The notes under the pieces: model-generated
The model's input: the letters and a program-made list of their open reading frames with translations, nothing else
The model's database searches: none
What the model was told of the DNA's origin: nothing
From: Bigelowiella natans CCMP2755
Taxonomy: Eukaryota; Protista; Cercozoa
DNA length: 64,000 nucleotides
Direction: 5' to 3'
Assembly: GCA_000320545.1 (NCBI GenBank)
Contig: ADNK01002346.1
Span: 1 to 64,000 of the forward strand
Program-made: the position numbers and the translations under genes
Part shown: positions 60,112 through 64,000 of the stretch, piece after piece
Layout: each line of letters starts with the position of its first letter
How positions within the stretch are numbered: position 1 is the first letter of the stretch

Positions 60112-61080
60112 CTTCCTTTGCAATACGTTCTGAGATTATTATTCTCCGAGAAGAACTCTCACTACTATACTAGTGCCAAGTGTTCATCCAAGTGGTTAAA
60201 TTCTTCGAACTCAACCTTGCTCTTGTTCTCCAATCTCGCACCATGGGATATTTTTGAGTCCTGCTTTGCAGACGATGGTTGCACACTTTCATCATCATCG
60301 TTATAAAGCATTCGCGTACGTTGACGTCTTTGGGGTCTCTGGCCCTGGATGCATGAAATTACTTCAAGCATGAATCTACATAATGTTCAACGTTGCAGTA
60401 GAATACCGTGACTTCTGTTTGCCTCTTTCGGAACTTTCTCCGTGCTAAGGAGAGAATAGCTCTAACAGCTTGCATTAAGCTGGTGTCACTTGAAGCTGCA
60501 ACAACGAATGTTGTTGGATCCTGATCACATCATCATGTATCACGTCAGAGACGTCACGGAAGAAAAAGCGAATATGCTGCTCCTCAGCAAATGTTGTACT
60601 TTTTCAAAATCTCTTGCGCATCTACACAGATGTTGGTGTGTACCTTAAATTGTACGCTTAGTAGGACTTGCTGCATGCCCTTTTTATCACTGTCATCATC
60701 ATCATCCAAATTTTCTTCCTTCCGACAATCTTTCTCCGCAGCTCGTATCCAGCGCGACACAACTGCTTTCCTCTTCTCCCTCGATCCCAAAGCACCACCA
60801 GCTAGCTCAGGCACTTCAAACTGGATCTTATGCGCAAGTTCTTTCATTTCCATCGTTTACGAAAGTGGATCTGTTTGAGATGTGGTTCCTCTTAGCATCT
60901 GCGAGCCCCAAAGCAATCACAATAGATTAGACATATTACTCCATGACTACATCCTTGAAAGTCTATTATGGAGTAGCATACCTGCGCATGTGTCATCATG
61001 GCATCGAAGTGCACGAGAAATTGGGTCATAGAAAGGACAAGTTGCCCTTTCACCATTTCGGAGTCTAGCCTGGAATCCAA
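56592..61080 (-). CDS. Ankyrin-repeat protein with low-complexity insertions; 5' end uncertain (60853 to ~61300)
   Basis: Ankyrin repeats: GRSPLAMAVKYNKIDTIRYLL, GTTALMIAA, GVTAMMLAVMHGRVDVIEAYL, GRNPLVTAI, NNPLLCACKYGNTYAVKLLL, GEDALYLAARNG. ORFs 56592-57761, 58161-59102 and 59286-60008 are joinable by GT-AG introns. Confidence 0.85.
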
Positions 61081-61869
61081 ACTAAAAATTAATTATGCGG
61101 CTCCTGTTTCCGTTGCATGTCGCGAACACACAAACCTGAACCGTGTGCCCTCAGTACACCCACATGAACTATGTATGTCGCAAAGAATGATGCATATAAT
61201 AATTCTTCGGCAGTCGGATATTTCCTTTCATGTACTTCCTCCGAGATATGTTTGGGCCAATTTACTTCGTTTTCACGGATTTATCTTTGTCATATGCTAA
61301 AAATCAGATAAATTTCATATCTCAATCGCAAAGTTATCAATCCTGCGACAGTATCCGGGACTCGATCAGCTTCTTTTAGCCAGATTTAGATTGTATCAGA
61401 TAATTTGTATACTCATGCCTCAAAAGGCTCAATTAATCAATAATATCTAATATATCCCAATATCACAGGTAGTAATTACAGTTGACACTGCAATCCGAAA
61501 ATTTTTATAAAGTCTGAAACACAAAGTATCCAGAAAAGTTCAGGCCATCCTTTTCACATCGGAATGATAAAACTATCGAAAAGGACTAATATTTTCAACA
61601 TTTTTAATTAAACCATAGCAAATTCCAAGAAAATCTCAACAGCTTTCTCCTATAACTCGTTCCGAAAAGTCTTTGTCGTACACAGAACGTGGAAAGCAAC
61701 GTACACGGACCACCCCGCACCTCCTACTGCGTGTTGCCATTAGCGCTGTATGTATACTTTTATTGGTTGAAGGGCCTTCTCTTTTCATGACATGTGTCAT
61801 AAAATGCGAACAATATGTATTATAGATTGATATATATATTAATAGATTATTCTACAATTACTATCTTAG

Positions 61870-63147
61870 ATGACGTTCAGTGACACTCCGGACTATGCCG
61901 TTCTACTTCTCGGCTTTGGAGCTCCCGTCTTGGGTCTCTTATTTGCTGTGTACTACACCATGGAGACAGCAGCCATTCCTGTAGTGTATCGTCCCAGCAA
62001 CAAAAAAGGTAGTTAGGCAGGTGATGAAAAAAAGTCAATCAATGTGCTGAGTGGGATTCGTGGCACTCGACGAAATTTCTTAATGTGACTTAAATAAATG
62101 AACCATCAATTTAACAGAGGAATATGGTGAGATTGACGGAAAGAGTCAACCATTGAAGTACGGTTCCAATGGATCTGTTAACGAGGCTGATAGCAGCGAA
62201 GTTCAAAAGGTATGAGTTTAGCTCTTGGGGACCATTCACGAATTACTGAACTCTTCTTTTCTGTCTACATGTACATTTACTTCGTTATCTTATTTTATTT
62301 TTTGGAAATGTTATGGGCTTGGTCCTCCTCATTTTTCCTCCTATGCTCCTCTCACACCCATGGGTTATGACGAGAGATGTCTCTGGTTCAAAATGGAAGT
62401 GAAGAGGAGGGAGAGAGAGCCTCCCATAATGACATACAGAAAGTCATGCTTCCGTGTATAATGTCTCTTGAACCCTACTGAGCCATTGCTCTTTTCTTCG
62501 ATTTATTTGCGATTGGTTTAGATTAATGATTCTCTCATCCGTATCTCGGGTCTTATCACCCGTGGGGCCAACTCCTTCTTGTATACCGAGTAATAAGTGC
62601 TTGTAATAGTGTTGCTGTTGTTCGATGCTCTTTGTTTCTACCACACTGTTTCCGCTTATTTCCGCGAAACTCAAATAAAATTGCGTTATTATATGATTTG
62701 CAGATACGGGTACATGGTCATCTTCATGGTGGTTTTCGGACTGTTGGTTCTTTTTGTTCTTGGAGGTGAGTGTCAACGAAGTTTGTACTAATGAAGTAAC
62801 GGTGATAACGATGATCGTGCCCCTCGTTATATCCACATGAAACTGCAACCAGGGAGTAAATGGGAACTCCATTAAACTGTCGTCACACATTTTTAGTGGT
62901 GTTTTTCATCTGATTTACACTCCTCTTGAGCTTGTTCCTCCTCCTTCGTTAAAAACTACGACTAACAAACACAGGCGTACGCAACTGGACTACTGGTATT
63001 GGAACTGCCGTATCATTCTGGGTTGGATGTATCACTTCGATTGCCTCTGGGTATGCTGCTACTGTCACAAATACTACAAGATGATGTGTGATAGTTTATT
63101 GCCAATTACTTCATCAACACTGTCATTCAAATTTCAGTACTGCGACC

Positions 63148-63181
<34 letters not shown>

Positions 63182-64000
63182 GAATTGCTCAAACCCTCAT
63201 CTTCCACCCTATCCACCCATTTTGCAGTTTTATCGGTATGCGTATTGCCGTGTTCTCCAACTCTCGTACTGCCGTCAAGTCGAATGAAGGTGAGCATAAG
63301 AGGGAGGAAGGAAGGAGAGTAAAGCTGTCTATCATTGTGCTGTGCTGCTTGTGTTGTCTGGTGTATGTGCCAACCCATCCATTAGGCAAGCAATTGCATT
63401 GTTTTTTAAACTGAATGTTGTACTGTTGTTCTGCAGGCATTGGGGAGGGATTTACCACTGCGTTCAAGGCTGGCTCTGTTATGGGTGAGAAGATAGAGAT
63501 TTTGATGATGGTGATAGATAAGAAGAAGAAGAGAAGAAATAATTCATATGTGTCATACCACACCGCAATCCCGCTACTTGCAGCTGCCTGGTGCTGCGGT
63601 TGGTGAATAATGCTGACTGACTGTCTGACTGCCGCAGGTTTTGCTCTTGTGTCGCTTGGAATATTGGTTTTGATGATTCTTGTGGAGGTCTACAAGGCCC
63701 TGTTCTCGAACGCCTACAAGGATAATGGCGACTGTGAATCTTGCACGGTAGGCATGCATGACACCTACCTTCTTCACCATCTACTTACTTGACAGGACAC
63801 ACATATATCAATCATCCCACAAGGAAGAAGAAGCTGCTTGAAGCTGCTGCAACAACAAATACTCACAATCTCTCTAACTCCTCCCTTGGTCTCTCCTTCC
63901 CTCCATCTCCTCGTAAAGGTGACTATGTACGAGTGCATTGCCGGATACGGTCTAGGAGGATCTTCCATTGCTATGTTCGGTCGTGTTGGAGGTGGTATCT
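61870..64000 (+). CDS. Membrane H+-translocating inorganic pyrophosphatase (V-PPase), 5' part; runs off the window
   Basis: Spliced: ...GANSFLYTE|YGYM..., SG|FIGMRIAVFSNSRTA, AFKAGSVMG|FALVSLG, MYECIAGYGLGGSSIAMFGRVGGGI (start of the catalytic GGGIYTKAAD signature). Confidence 0.96.

Noticed and set aside
62444-62890. 148-aa minus-strand ORF nested in the H+-PPase gene
   Set aside because: Overlaps two conserved plus-strand exons and has no recognisable motif.

Overview
Left end of a linear eukaryotic chromosome. It is a gene-dense protist-type genome with (CCCTAA)n telomere, the standard genetic code and many short GT-AG introns packed with microsatellites; an H+-PPase gene argues against an animal or fungus, and the species is not identifiable from this window. 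Manual splicing gives 11 genes: telomere <-EXO1 | RBBP4/MSI1-like-> , acidic-repeat/UVR protein-> <-MPP6 | orphan signal-peptide protein-> <-lipocalin | MTFP1-> <-long coiled-coil protein | SCP2-ABC1(UbiB) kinase fusion-> <-ankyrin protein | H+-PPase-> (truncated by the window). The main unexplained signal is compositional. The subtelomere and every interval downstream of a gene 3' end (4 convergent gaps, 1 tandem gap) carry islands in which TpA is depleted except in CTA/TAG context, with TpG/CpA and CTAG enriched and CpG retained. The five head-to-head promoter gaps show no such signal. I infer this is the mutational footprint of a context-specific DNA base modification marking termination zones and chromosome ends, by analogy to kinetoplastid base J. 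All gene models and counts were made by eye; no database searches were run.
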